NCBI GenBank assembly: GCA_013115125.1
Contig: JABANN010000265.1
Coordinates: 1-45,391, forward strand
DNA length: 45,391 nucleotides
Source: Perkinsus olseni
Taxonomy: Eukaryota
Reading direction: 5' to 3'
The translations under genes and the position numbers were made by a program. Within the stretch, counting starts at the first letter, position 1; every line of letters starts with the position of its first letter. Below the pieces are notes generated by a model. That model did no database searches. It was not told where the DNA came from and was given only the letters and a program-made list of their open reading frames with translations. Shown here piece by piece: positions 1 to 11,716 of the stretch.

Positions 1-544
1 ACATACGTTGACCCTCTGGGAGAGACTGATTATACTCCTTAAGACACCGTCCAAGACGAGCCGCAAACACTACAAACCGCTGATGACCGTCCCACGTAAG
101 GGCATTAAAAGCTTGAAGGGCCTCATCCGGTGAACGCTGAGCGAAGAGGCTCAACATTAATGCCTTATCGGCCTTCCAGTTCGTCTTGCCTGCTAGTTCT
201 ACCCAGGAGTCGAAGAAGTCTTTCTCCAAATACATACCAAGACGAGACGCTCGGGAACGCTCCGACCACTGCGCCGCATCCGCTGCTGCCTCATAACGAC
301 GAAGCCATGACCGGAAGTCGGTAGTACCATCGAAGGGATGGGGCATTCTGCTGGAAAGTTGCACACTAATGGCTCCGGCCTGTTGGTTGTCGTTGTCACC
401 GTCCGCCATGTTGACTCGGGGCTCTCGCAATATAGTAGCGGTGGTCGGGCCGTTGTCAGCGTCACCATCTCGAGAAGTAGGCGATAGGAAGTCGGACTCT
501 CCACCATCCACACCAGTCGTAGGGCCTTGTAAGATAGAGGACAT
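1..544 (-). CDS. gag: Retrotransposon Gag (capsid-like) N-terminus, truncated by the window edge
   Basis: Manual translation from ATG 544 (or 409): ...MADGDNDNQQAGAISVQLSSRMPHPFDGTTDFRSWLRRYEAAADAAQWSERSRASRLGMYLEKDFFDSW... with no stop before base 1. It matches the gypsy Gag pattern FxG..D..xWLxxY/FE..A...xW...(R)L...L. Confidence 0.82.
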   Translation of the reverse strand, partial: MSSILQGPTTGVDGGESDFLSPTSRDGDADNGPTTATILREPRVNMADGDNDNQQAGAISVQLSSRMPHPFDGTTDFRSWLRRYEAAADAAQWSERSRASRLGMYLEKDFFDSWVELAGKTNWKADKALMLSLFAQRSPDEALQAFNALTWDGHQRFVVFAARLGRCLKEYNQSLPEGQRM

Positions 545-595
545 AATCGTTGGAGTTAACGTCGATACCAAAGTCGCAGTACTTTCGAACAAGGA

Positions 596-605
596 GCTGC
601 TACCA
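596..605 (-). promoter_or_regulatory. Primer-binding site, probably for initiator tRNA-Met
   Basis: TGGTAGCAGC lies 3 nt after an LTR-like ...CA end. It is complementary to a ...GCUGCUACCA tRNA 3' end of the eukaryotic initiator type. Confidence 0.65.
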
Positions 606-1472
606 AAATGTCAGGATTACTCGCGTAGTGAACCCGACCCAAAAGATGTACTGCAACTCAGAAGCAACCAAACGTATGGATAATACCCAAGGCGACACGA
701 GTCACCAAAGCTATACGATACGTCGACAAACCACGTCAGACAACTTATGTCGGACCACTACGTCTGATTACGAAGCTACGAACGTAATCGATCTAGCAAA
801 GCTTAGCTTGAAGCACCCGTCCCGCACTACACAAGTGCACAATTGTGCAGCGCTGTCCCGATTCCGGCCGAAACCCCACTTCACACCGTCACAAGTTCCT
901 GCTCGCCCAGGGGGCTGTTCCTCGTTTTGGCTTGAATCGCTCTCAGCCAGGTTGAATGTGAACACCACGGCAAGGTTCTAACGTCTATTTTGTAGCCTGG
1001 TGTGTGCGTCGACCTTTCGGGTTGTCAGTATTTGTGGGACTACGACTGCCGATCATTTGCCATCTCAATGAACATCAGACGAATTTTCGATGCCGGAATG
1101 TGGTCGGTGCGAAACGAGTATACAAACATCGCAATACCCCGTCCAGGTCTCGATTCGAGGGGATCTCTGATAGCATCCCCCTGTTTGATCCGATGAAGGT
1201 ATTCGGCTTTGAAAGATCGCAGAAACACTCAACTAGTCTTGGAGCAGGCATTCCAATGACCTTGATAGCTCATGGACGTAGGAGAGCGGCGTGAGGGCAA
1301 AAGGAATGCAAAACTCACGGACTTCAACTTAGACACTAACGTCTGGGAACGGTACCCTAATGCCTACTGCTTCCCTAGAACCCGGTCGCAACGTCGTAGC
1401 GCGAAAGCAATGCTTGGGAGTGCGCCTGAATGAATGTACTTGAATGTATGGAAACGAGAGTCCAAGAAATAT

Positions 1473-1496
1473 CATCATCATCATCATCATCATCAT
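1473..1496. repeat. (CAT)8 microsatellite
   Basis: Eight perfect CAT units read directly from the sequence. Confidence 0.95.
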
Positions 1497-1524
1497 CCGG
1501 CTCTACGCCTTAACGTCGTAAATA

Positions 1525-1716
1525 TCAAGAGGAGAGGGACAAGCCCACGGCCCCGACGAGTCTTGGCAATATGTCAACTGGAAGAGGGTACGATGTGCAG
1601 AGATATTGGATATCTTCCAAGTCGGCTTGAAACCTCGCTAGGAATGTCTGTAGAGGCCGGTGGTGCGCACTCCTTGAAGCGGTATCCTGTCTGGGTAGCC
1701 TCGAAGCATCAGCTTT
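1525..1716 (-). CDS. Possible terminal exon of a hypothetical gene divergent from BBS8
   Basis: A 64-codon open frame follows a ttcctgcag acceptor (KADASRLPRQ...FLARFQADLEDIQYLC...LSLSS*). Upstream exons are not resolved and no homology is recognised. Confidence 0.2.
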   Translation of the reverse strand, partial: KADASRLPRQDTASRSAHHRPLQTFLARFQADLEDIQYLCTSYPLPVDILPRLVGAVGLSLSS

Positions 1717-2115
1717 CTGCAGGAAGTTCCCCGAGCTGGGCAGCCTCTTGGGTGCGGATATTCGTAGGCAGCTCGATGAGAATGCTGAGATTCATCGTCT
1801 CCGAGGCCGGCACCGAAATGGAGGTTCTCATCGGTGCCTGTGAGCAAAGCTATAGTGACTGAGCACCACCGTATCCCGTTCCTTTTCTTCTTCGTATTAC
1901 TCGGGAATTGTTGAGTCGTTAATGATCGAGCTACGGGAATGATGCGTCATTCCCAACAGTCTCTGGAACTGTGAGATGCCATGAAGGGAGTTCCTCGAGG
2001 GATTCCTTATGAGCTCACCGGTCGAGGGATGACTGCGGTTACTTCTCGATGTTCTCCAGTACGCCTTCGCAGGCCTTTCGCGTGCTCTGTTCACCTCTTC
2101 ATCACTTCTCGTGGA

Positions 2116-4631
2116 ATGGCGGCGTCTATTACTAGTGGCAGAACAGCCGGGGACATCCCATCCGAATATCTGAAATCAGTGAATCCCTTCTTCCTGGTGC
2201 GTAGCGATTGTCTCTTCGGACGGCTTCCATGATCTCGGCCAGGCTATGAGTAAGTTCCGTCGTCGAAGGTGGGAGGAAGTCATTGACATCTGCAGCGGAC
2301 TCTTGCATGAAAACCCGAGGTAGGCCGAAACAACAATGCAGCGACACTGTACGGCTCGGGGCTGTTGGCCATGGCAACAAATCCGCGTCTAGAGTACCGA
2401 CGAGTTCTATTCTCGATGGGAGTATCTATTCGCTGTGGGGGGGCGAGATCGAATCCCCAGGGACGAGTCAGCCTGGTTCCTCAAATGTCGAGCGTTGACG
2501 ATGAAGAACTTCATAGATGATATGGAGTGCGATGAGGACCCCCTGGGCGACTTGGCTGCAGAGGAGGGCGCAATGAACTCAGCACCGCGGTACGCGCGAC
2601 ACGGTCGACTCACGTGATGCAGCCATTCATAGACCGGGGACAAGTCTGCAGAGGCCCGCCAGCAAGGCCATTGGAAAGACTCGGCCAACCAGCAATAATG
2701 GCAGGCCCATAACCGGCTTCGTTCGGCCTGGAACCAACAGTAACCGTGGGCGGTGTGGTGCTGATGATTGAAGCTTCTCGTAGGCGGGCGAGCTCCGCAG
2801 TCAGCTGGGGGGCGTGATCAGCTGTCCACGGCACTCCAGCAGCTCAATCGAGGGGCCGGTGGCAGAACGATGACGTCGTCCGTGGGTCGCCCAACCACCA
2901 GTCTCGGGCGTTTGGTAGATCAGATATACAGAGACTGTGCAGGTTGGACATTATAGCAGGTACGGATTGGCACCGCATCGCTGCAGAACGACCCCGATGG
3001 AGAGTTCATCGTACCCTCAGCATTGAACTTTCAGAAGTACGCGGGTAGCGTTCATGCCAGCGGAGCTCGTGTTGTTGAACAGATTTGTTCACAATCAAGC
3101 GCTCGCCAAAGCATTGATGGACTATATCGTCTACGTGCTACGCGATATGGGGTAGGCGTCCAAGCTACTGTCTGGCGAACCTGCGCTGGCGTTAGGAAGG
3201 CGTTGGAGCTCGCGAGTGAAGCCACCAAGCTGTGTGACTACGAAGACTGGTGGTGGAAGGTGGGTCTTCGTTAGAGCGATCTGAGGCTGCGCGAGGGAGG
3301 ATTGCCCTGCGGAGGTTAGGGGTGGTTTTATCGAGGAGCACATCGTCGTATGGTAGATCTACTTCGATACACAGGAGTGATCCCTGGACGGAGCCGAACC
3401 CCTCGTCGTCTCAGGCAAGGTTGGGAAAGTGCTACTTTCATCTGGGGCTATTCCGAGACGCTGAGAAGCAACTGTTGTCTGCGTTCAAGACGAGCGATGA
3501 TATATTGACGACGATGGAGCTCGCCAGGGTGTATCTCAAACTTGACCAGGTGTGATTGTAGATGATGCTGGGCGGGGGCAAACGCACTCATCGGTATTTT
3601 ACGTGAGCGAACTGCGCGGAGTCGAAGTGGTGCCCTGTTATTTGAATATGATGAACTCGGAGCTTGGCTTTGACGGAATGCAATCCTCATTCAGCCTCTG
3701 GTCGCCATTGATACTTACAAAAAGTCGTCCCTTCAATACCCTGGAGACCCCAGTGTGAGGTTAGGGATCGCTCGAGTTGCTGCCGCTATCGGGGACGAAT
3801 CGGCGAGTATCGATGTTTACAAAGAGTAAGGCCACGCCCGTGTTCCACGGACGGACGACGGGAAGGCACACGGAGTTCACATATCAGGGTTCTACAGCTC
3901 GATCCAGTGAATTGTGAGGGCATAGCCTCGTTGGCAGCGCATCACTTCTACAACGATCAGCCCGAGGTTGCTCTGCGATACTACAGGCGTCTGCTGCAGC
4001 TGGGCGTGGTAGCGAGCCCTGAACTGTGGAACAATCTGGGTAGTACTACTCGAGCCAATGGTGATCTTCGATCCGTTAGTTAGGGCTGAGCTGCTTCTAC
4101 GGCCAGCATTATGATCTCTGCCTTACATGCATGGAAAGAGCCCTCATGTTCGCCGATGATAAGACTCTTGCGGATGTTTGGTATAACATTGGACATGTAA
4201 GTTAGAGCTCTCTCAGGGTCCCCTTATGTGTGCTTCAGATAGGAATTGGCGTTGGCGATCTCGCCTTCGCATACCAAGCCTTCAAAGTGTCGGTGTCCTA
4301 CGACAACACTCATGCAGAGAGTCTGAACAACATCGGGGTCCTCGAGTTGAGAAAGGGCAACACCGAGTTGGCAAAAAGTCTTTTTCAGAGGTAAGACCGC
4401 CATTTTCATGCCCTACATAAGTTCATACGTTCGGGCCCCTTGTTCCTCAGCTCTATAAGTGCGGATGGCAGCCTCTACGAGCCCTCGTACAATGCCTCCC
4501 TCATGTATCACGTCGAAGGGAACGTGCAGGAATGTTTGGACAACCTCAACGCATCTCTGGACAAGTTCCCTGGGCACACCGATTCTAACGAGTTGATGGA
4601 AACGTTAAAGGAACGCCTCATGGGGTTGTGA
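2116..4631 (+). CDS. BBS8: Bardet-Biedl syndrome 8 / tetratricopeptide repeat protein 8 (BBSome subunit), multi-exon
   Basis: Spliced exons 2116-2196, 2243-2319 and 2461-... give NPFFL|AMSKFRRRRWEEVIDICSGLLHENPR|DESAWFLKCRALTMKNFIDD. Later exons give VRIGTASL..FIVPSALNFQKYA, KALELASEAT..DWWWK|ARLGKCYFHLGLFRDAEKQL, AAHHFYNDQPEVALRYYRRLLQLG, ELWNNLG, ADVWYNIGH and HAESLNNIGVLE. All are BBS8 hallmark motifs. Confidence 0.95.
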
Positions 4632-4746
4632 TCGCGTACATGTCTCATACAGGCTACGGGGGGTTGAGTTTCTTAGACATGCTCGCCACGACCGTGTTGT
4701 GATGTCCTAGTAGCGAGACGGTGAACACACACTCGTAAACTGACCC

Positions 4747-5155
4747 TTAGCGGCCGGGGGATGCACGCAGAAAGCTAAATAGCGAGTCACGGCTCTCCAC
4801 TGTTGTACTCGGCACAGCGACCTATGTGACCGTCCCCTACAATACATTCTTCGAGGCGAAGAGTGCCAACATACGATGGAAAAGAGACCACCGCGTTCAG
4901 CACGGTGTTCAGCGAAAACATCAACGAACAATATCTCCGCCTCAAGGGGACTTCCCAAGAACTTTCGAGGAATACGAGCGCTGACCGAGGCTCCCGGATT
5001 GAATGCTGGAACACAATCACGGTGGAGTTGCTCCACTCTCCCCGAGTTGGGACTCAACACCCCAGCCTACATCAAGCTTCAAGTCGCGATAGACTGCCTA
5101 ATGGAACCTCCTCGTACAGTAGAATGATATCGCATTCGACTGCCTTGGGAACCAT
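4747..5155 (-). CDS. Short hypothetical protein (tentative spliced model)
   Basis: ttcagATG at 5155 and plausible short GT-AG introns give MVPKAVECDIILLYEE|AGVLSPNSGRVEQLHRDC...GGLFSI|VAVPSTTVESRDSLFSFLRASPGR*. Other splice choices are possible. Confidence 0.3.
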
Positions 5156-5313
5156 CTGAAGCAAGCTGACAAGACGCGCCACAAAATCTGCGCTGCACGC
5201 ATGTGCACGACTTTGGGCGCGCGCTACTTTCGGCGCAGAAATGAAACGGCTGGGGCGCTCAGCTGCTGCTCCGCTTTACTCTACAACGTACTCTATCAAT
5301 TTCAACTAGAACA

Positions 5314-6159
5314 ATGAGCTCTGAAGCGCCCCCTGCCGCAACCACTCAGCCTGCCACCACTACTGTCTATCAGCAGCCTATGTACAGTGTGGTCCAACCG
5401 CAGGGTGTGTCCTACGTGCCCTCTGAGTTCCAAGCTCCACAGGCGTAGGATGATTCTTAGTTGGTATTACATTAAAGTTCTTTTCTGTGCAGGTCTATGG
5501 ATCCGGAGAGTATCAAGCACCAGAAGACTCAGAGCCTCTCGATGCTAGATAGCCAGCTGAACATGGCCATGCAGACTTGCAAGAGCGACTACGAGCAGGC
5601 CAAGCAGCAGATCTCCCTTCGTGCCAACTTCGACTCGCAGACTGCAACCGGTGCCGTTGAACAGTCCCGTCAGCAAGCCTTGTTCGCTCTCGACCAACAG
5701 CATCAGCAGCGCCGTATGGAGATTGAGCAGAGAGCCCAGGAGCAGCGCATGCAGATCGAGTCCACTGCTAGCCAGCTCTGTATGCAGGCTCAGCAGCAGA
5801 AGCTCCAGAAGGAGATGAACGACCGCATGGCCAAGCTCCAGAAGGAACAGGCTGAGCGCGAGGCCAAGGCCCAGCAAACGATGCCCACGTTGCCTCCTCA
5901 GCCGACTGCCCAGACGGGATCCTACGTCCCCCCTCTTCAGTACAGTACCATCCCTGCCCTTATGCCCCAACCTATCTATACTACTGCCGAAGGCGGTGCC
6001 ACCACTACTTACTCGACGGTTGGTAACATCTCGTCCTATCCTGTCAACTACGGTGGTATCCCCGGGTATGCCGGTCAACCACAGGTCATCAGAACAGTCC
6101 GTGTGGTGAGCGATACACAGTCTGCTCAACCTGCCCCTACCACTACCGTCTCCAGTTAG
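5314..6159 (+). CDS. Gln-rich coiled-coil protein with P/T/Y/Q-rich termini (2 exons: 5314-5444, 5493-6159)
   Basis: A 48-nt gtagga...gtgcag intron keeps the frame. Codon bias is strong (CAG/GAG/AAG), and there is a long helical Q/E/A/R-rich core (DPESIKHQK..LDSQL..ALFALDQQHQQRRMEIEQ). Confidence 0.85.
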
Positions 6160-7283
6160 ACTATTGCCAATCAAACGATTGCTTATGTAACAAGAACTAG
6201 CGCTCAAGGAACTCTCTTGATGCAATTGCATGAAGAGGAAGGGACTAGTTCTACATTGTTTGATTCTTCATCTCGAAATCAGTTGTTGAGTTAATCAGTT
6301 CGGCTCTTGGGTATACTATTCTGTTCGTTCCATTCAACTGGACTGCTGGGTAATCCTCGATGTAGAAACCTCGTGGTCGATCGTTGACTATTAGATGGCG
6401 ATTTTGAGCTTCAGAAATGGCCCACTAATTTTTGAAATTATGTTTAGTTTCGGTATCTGTAATTCTCGTGGTACACGCATCTTAAATTGGGGGTGTAATT
6501 CGAACCGGAGTTGTAACCTCACCTTGTTCGTCCGGGACGAGTCGTCCCGTACATTGTGTTTGGTACACAGCTCTATCGGTGTCGGCTAGCCGCAAGTGCC
6601 AGCCCATTGCAGGACTCTTGTGCGCGGTATGATCGTCAGTTCCTAAAAAGCTGTGACGCTCTGTGTCTGAGCCTCAGACCAGTTACTGTTTTGAGTGTGC
6701 CCTAATACGCCGATTTTTTCTCTTTCTTTAGTCTCTCTGAGGGGGAGATTCAGCGTTCGATTCATTGATGTATATCGGCGTTCACTACCCTGTCGTGCCT
6801 GGTCGGCGGTTTTATATGGATATTGCTGCATATCCGCTCCATCGAGCCGCTGAGTCCAGATGATAGCCCCCATCCTATGGTGTCTTGTGTTCGAGCTGAG
6901 GTTCGGCACGCGAAGGCAATGAACTGTGGGAAATCATTATATCCATCAGTATGTGATGCAAGCAGCGAAGTTCTTGAGGGGGAGAGTTTGAGTGAGCCGA
7001 GTATATGCAGTAGTGTCCTCTTCCTGCCAACTAAAGGATCTTAGACGGAGAGCGTTCATATGAATTATAATCCTAGCCAACTTTTTACATCACGAGGGGT
7101 GACCGGGGAAAGCGTTTCGCTTGAAGCGAATGCGGTGGTGCACTTGCATGACAGTAGCGCTTTACAAGGGGATTGTGAATTGGTTGGTTCCGAGATAACT
7201 TGATCTCACTCGGTGCTGTCCGTACCCCACACTACTCCAGCACGCCACTACACTATCGAAGGCGGAATGGATGAACATGGCAA

Positions 7284-10200
7284 TCATGCTTGCCTCGGCG
7301 ACACTTCAACACCTTGAGAAGTTATCCAACGTATTCCACTTGCTCCGGGATCCCTCATGGAGGCGAGGCTGACTCGTCTCGAAGACTGCTCCTTAGCCAC
7401 TATGTCGTCGGCTGTACGGGAGTGCGCAGAACAGTGAGCGAGGTATCGCCGGTGTGACCCGAGTAGGTGCTCCCGCCTCCTGCAAAGGCATTCAGCCCAG
7501 CTGCGCAAGCCTGACTACCCTACTTCTGGCCTTCGAGAGTTGCTCGCAGTATCTTCCGTCGACGCCTGGCTCGCACATACCGATGCCCCAGCGTCCTCGG
7601 TGTCAAAGTCCTCGCCATGTAAGTGCTACCTGAAACGGCCAACAACGCAATGCTGCCCTTGCGAGAGGGAACGCTGTGCTCACTGATAGTTGGTGGAGGC
7701 TGTTCAGGAGGCACGAAACTAGTAACTGACGGAAGAGTCCACACAGGGGCTCATAGCGGCTGCAGACGTACATCGGAGCCCCAGTTCCAGTTCGAGGGTT
7801 GATACAGCATTCTGTAAGGTGGATTCTATCTGGTCCAACCGTTCTACCACATTCGCCTGGTGGAGAGCAATTCGCTCGTTGTGATCTGCAGCACGATTGA
7901 CCTAAGCCGCAGCACCTGCGGCTCCCCACTGAGGACTCATTCGAGCTCACTTGCTCATCCAAGTCGTTAACGATCCCTTCCCATTTATCCGAGTCAGCAG
8001 TGACGACACCTCGAGGTTTGAGGGAATCATACCGGCGGTAAAATTGGCAGAATCGAGTAGCTGATTCCAAATCGGTGAACATGTTGGCCCTCAGCATAAT
8101 ACCTAGATGGTGGGGGGAGGGCGATCAGCCAAGGAGCTGTAAGAGGGCGCTACTCGTCAATCCGTTCCAGACGAATGCCATGCGAGAACGCCCGATGCAC
8201 AAGTTCGCATGACGGCAAAGGGTCCAACATGTTCAACATTCAAGACAAACGATTCCGACCATCGACAGACGACTGTGACGGCTCCTACGCAAATCCACGG
8301 TCTTTTTTGCACTCATAGTCTGAAGCGCCTCGATGAGGGCACCCCTGCGTGGGAGGCCCCAGAGGGACCACAGAATCTTCGACGCGTAGTAATCTATGGT
8401 CTCCATGATGATGGACTGCGCCGTCTGATGGTTCTCTACGGCATTTCTGACCTTCAACATGACGATCTTCGACTTCGCAGCTGGTTCAAACCTGGCTCAC
8501 CACTAGATAGGTTTCGACAATGATGGCCAGGAAGAGCTGCAGGAGGCAAAAGTACACGAGAAGAACGTAGACCACGATGTAGAGGAAGAGACGCCTGCGG
8601 ACGAGTACTGGATGCGACCACAGGAACCCGACCTACAGTAGCGGAGATCAACTCACCAGTCATTCTCCCAGGCGTCAAACCACTGACCACTTGACAATAT
8701 GTAAAACTGAGTCCAAAGAGTAGCAGAATACGTGGCAAACTCATCCATGAGGCCTCCGAAAGTGAGCCAGGCAATGAGCCCCAAGCCGAAGTAGAGAACC
8801 TGCTGGCGTGATGCCGATCAAGTCCCGCCTGGTCGAGAAGTCTCTCCCATACAGCGAAGGAGATCGAGAAGTGAACTATCTCGCTCTGGGCCGCGCGGAG
8901 GGTATCCGCGAAGAGCGCAATGCGCGGGTGGGCGCTCATACTCGAGACCATACGAGCGAGGATCGAGTAGAGAGAAATCTGCACCGCGAACTCGAGCCAC
9001 TCTCGTAGGCGATGGTATTTGATAATCTGAGGGAGCTGACTCCAAATGCAGTAGTCCAAGGTGACCAGAGTCACCTGATCGGCCATCCTTTGCAGCACAG
9101 CGAAGTTGGCCTCCTCCGGGACGGTACCATCGGTCCATGGTATCTGGAGGAGCTCGTCCAGGGTCGCGTCGAAAACGCTAGGGATTGCAGCCCAGTATGT
9201 AACCTGGGGACCGGTATGTCCAAGTTGTACTCGACCGTGTAGGGAAGTCAACGAGCGGAGGCGCCCGTGGACGTTTGCCCCTGATGGGAGATGTCGGGTG
9301 TTCTCTTACAGACACTACCACACGCGAGCAACAGCAAGCATCCCGCTTGCTAGGGCGAAGGCAGAGATGCAATGGCAGGCTTACTCCCAGTGTTAGCGTG
9401 ACCATGACGAGGATGGACACAACGATATCGAGCTCGAAGTAAAGTGCTTTCACCGCAGTCTCGGTGATGCTGCGTGACCCCGCCTTTCGAAGCAGCCTCG
9501 TGAAGTCAATTGCCAACAGGTAGAAGCAAGTTACATAAGCCAGAGCCGCGGTGATCACCCAAACGCCAATCCTGAGCATGCTGAGGTTCCGAGAGTATCG
9601 CATGCGAAGATCCCACTTGCCGGTGGCGATCTTCTTGACTGTATAGAGCCGCCACCGTCCAGGTTCCGACGTCTCGGGCCATTCCGCGACGAGGAGTCCG
9701 AGCAGGCCCTTGTCCGAGGCCTCGCCCTGGAAAGCATGCTTTGCCTTTAAGCCTTTCCGAGGGGCCTCACGGGCTGACTGTAGAAAGGAGCGAGCAGCGT
9801 GACGTCACTGCTCGCGCTGTCAACAGTGTGAGGGTCAATTTCTATTTCCCGGAGATATCCTACGACGTCGTCGTCTGAGCCATGGGACACCTCCAATTCT
9901 TAGACTCCGAATTACTCACCGTTGCCATCGTCGGGCTGGCAGGCGGAAGATAGGCCAGTGAAACTGAGACAATCACGGCGATTTGCCACATCTAGGACCC
10001 CATGACTACGTGAATGTGAAGGCCTCCCCTACCGACCTACGAGCTGCTGTGATTGTGGCTTGCCAGCCACTGATCCTCGATCGACGCGAGCACCTCCTTG
10101 GTAACATCGTCACAGTACTGTCGCATGGGGAGTGCAATGTGCTGCGCCAGTACAGGGGGTCCTAGCAAGTGTATTCCTTCGTGAGGATAATCCGCTTCGC

Positions 10201-11716
10201 TCCCCTCCAAACCCCGTCCGCTGATGAAATCCTCGATAGGGTATCCGTACCGCACAAGGCTGGGCATGGCAGACGGCTCTATTCTCCCTGGGAACATCCT
10301 CACGCCGCCACTGTTTTCCGACCGCAAAGTCGAGTTTCCGATAAAGCAACCCATCAATTCCGTCCCAACTGGCCAAGTCTCTGCCGGTGAATCCTCTATA
10401 CCCAAGTAGATCAGCTGCGTGTCGAGGCTCACGACGATCGAGGTTCCGGCGGGGGGCGCGTCCCCAAGGCTGTGGTTGATCGAAACGTGTCCCGCGGCAT
10501 TGAACATTACGAAGCCGTCACCAGAAAGCCGGAAGCATGCACGCCCCCTGGAGTCGAGGGCCTCAAGGATCGGGTTGTCAGCCCGGCCATCAGATGCTGC
10601 CAAGAAAGTGGTTCCATCGCCTAGGGCGGCGACCGACATGGATGACCCAAATTCCAGCAACTTTCCTGAAGGAATATCGGAGAAGGGCTGAAACCGGCGA
10701 AGGGCTTGATGGAGGATGCTCAAAGATTCTCGTATCTCCGGAACACTGCTAGCGGACAGCCTCTCCTCTGGACCTGACGGCGAGGGAAACTGGGCTTTCG
10801 AGGGAAATACGGGTACGAGCGCCAAGGACGGGAACATGGTATTACTCAAACGCTCGTGAATAGACAATCGAGTGAATCGAAGGTCCAAGTCCAGTGCAGC
10901 AGAGGCAAAAATGAAAACCAAGACGAATAGAGACATAAAAATGATGAACCTGAAGGATGGCAGGAGTCCCCATAGGAATGCGTTACAAGCCTTCTTAGCT
11001 TAGTTGGTAGAGCACCCGCTTAGTAAGCGGGAGGTCGTCGGTTCGACTCCGGCAGAAGGCTTTTCGTCAAACGTATAAAACGGCGACATCCGATCACGTC
11101 GCAAAGGCGCGCATTACGAGAACATACGAAGCGAGCCTACCTCGCTCCTATCGTATGAAAGCACCTCTCCAGCTGAAGACGTTCGATGAGAAGTTCTCGG
11201 TCGAATCGGTAGAAGCGCAATCTGCGGCAATCGAAGGACCACCTCATGTGAACCATGCTCATTTCAGGATGCACGGCAGCGCTCAGAGTCGCAGTCCGAG
11301 AGACTCCGGCGAACGGGATCCAAACGAGGAGATCACCGCGACTTCGAGGACGCTCCAGTAGATACTACCTGAAGTGCATCTGAATGTAGCTAGCGGCCTT
11401 GTTAGTCTTCGCTCTCGTCTCTGCAACTTTTTCTCCTCCGACGTCGATGATCTCGCCTATATGCTGCAGGAATTCGCTAGGAACCCTGCGGAGAGAGTCG
11501 CATCTTTCTTTCATAAGTATCAACACACCTCTCTTGTCGGGCAAGGGCGCGGACCCCGACGAAAGCCTCCCCGCGCTTCCGGTCCCTCGCCTGTAGCGAC
11601 CACATTACCCACCAGTTCCGGAGGTAATGCCATACACGACCCCTCGCAGACTGCGTGAGCAGCCTTGAACCATCTCGCTCGGCTGGAGGCCCTCCCTGTT
11701 CCCAGTGCTCAGCCAT
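7284..11716 (-). CDS. Polycystin-2 (PKD2)/TRP-like cation channel with N-terminal IQ motif, multi-exon; 3' end approximate
   Basis: Exons 11716-11529, 11485-11369, 11221-11141 and 10949-... splice in frame to a first TM segment (RFIIFMSLFVLVFIF) and a large extracellular loop. Further TM segments include SILARMVSSMSAHPRIALFADTLRAAQSEIVHFSISF (S4-S5 linker) and YVLLVYFCLLQLFLAIIVETY (S6 FLAII motif typical of polycystin channels). Confidence 0.8.
10989..11061 (+). tRNA. tRNA-Thr (anticodon AGT)
   Basis: Acceptor stem GCCTTCT/AGAAGGC, D-arm TAGCTTAGTTGGTAGAGC, anticodon arm CCCGC-TTAGTAA-GCGGG, T-arm GGTTCGACTCC, and a following T-run as Pol III terminator. Confidence 0.97.

Larger units (their letters stand above)
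1..893 (-). mobile_element. 5' end of a Ty3/gypsy-type LTR retrotransposon (candidate 5' LTR about 609-893, PBS, gag); the element runs off the left edge
   Basis: The minus strand reads LTR end ...CCTGACA (609), then TTT, then TGGTAGCAGC (PBS-like), then a gag-like ORF open to position 1. The outer LTR boundary is a guess (TGTGAC at 893 gives TGT...ACA termini). Confidence 0.8.

Noticed and set aside
1434-1862. ORF with an 8xHis run (His-tag or metal-binding protein)
   Set aside because: The His run is just a (CAT)8 microsatellite, and the rest of the ORF has no protein-like features.
5040-5075. In-frame TGA after Cys (GC-TGA) on the minus strand as possible selenocysteine
   Set aside because: An alternative splice gives a stop-free frame, and no SECIS or selenoprotein homology is recognisable.
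5545-6231. 228-aa antisense ORF and the many other antisense ORFs over the transporter genes
   Set aside because: These are shadow ORFs of GC-rich, codon-biased sense genes.
6240-7280. Short ORFs between the Gln-rich gene and the channel gene
   Set aside because: No coherent exon chain or recognisable motif; left unannotated.
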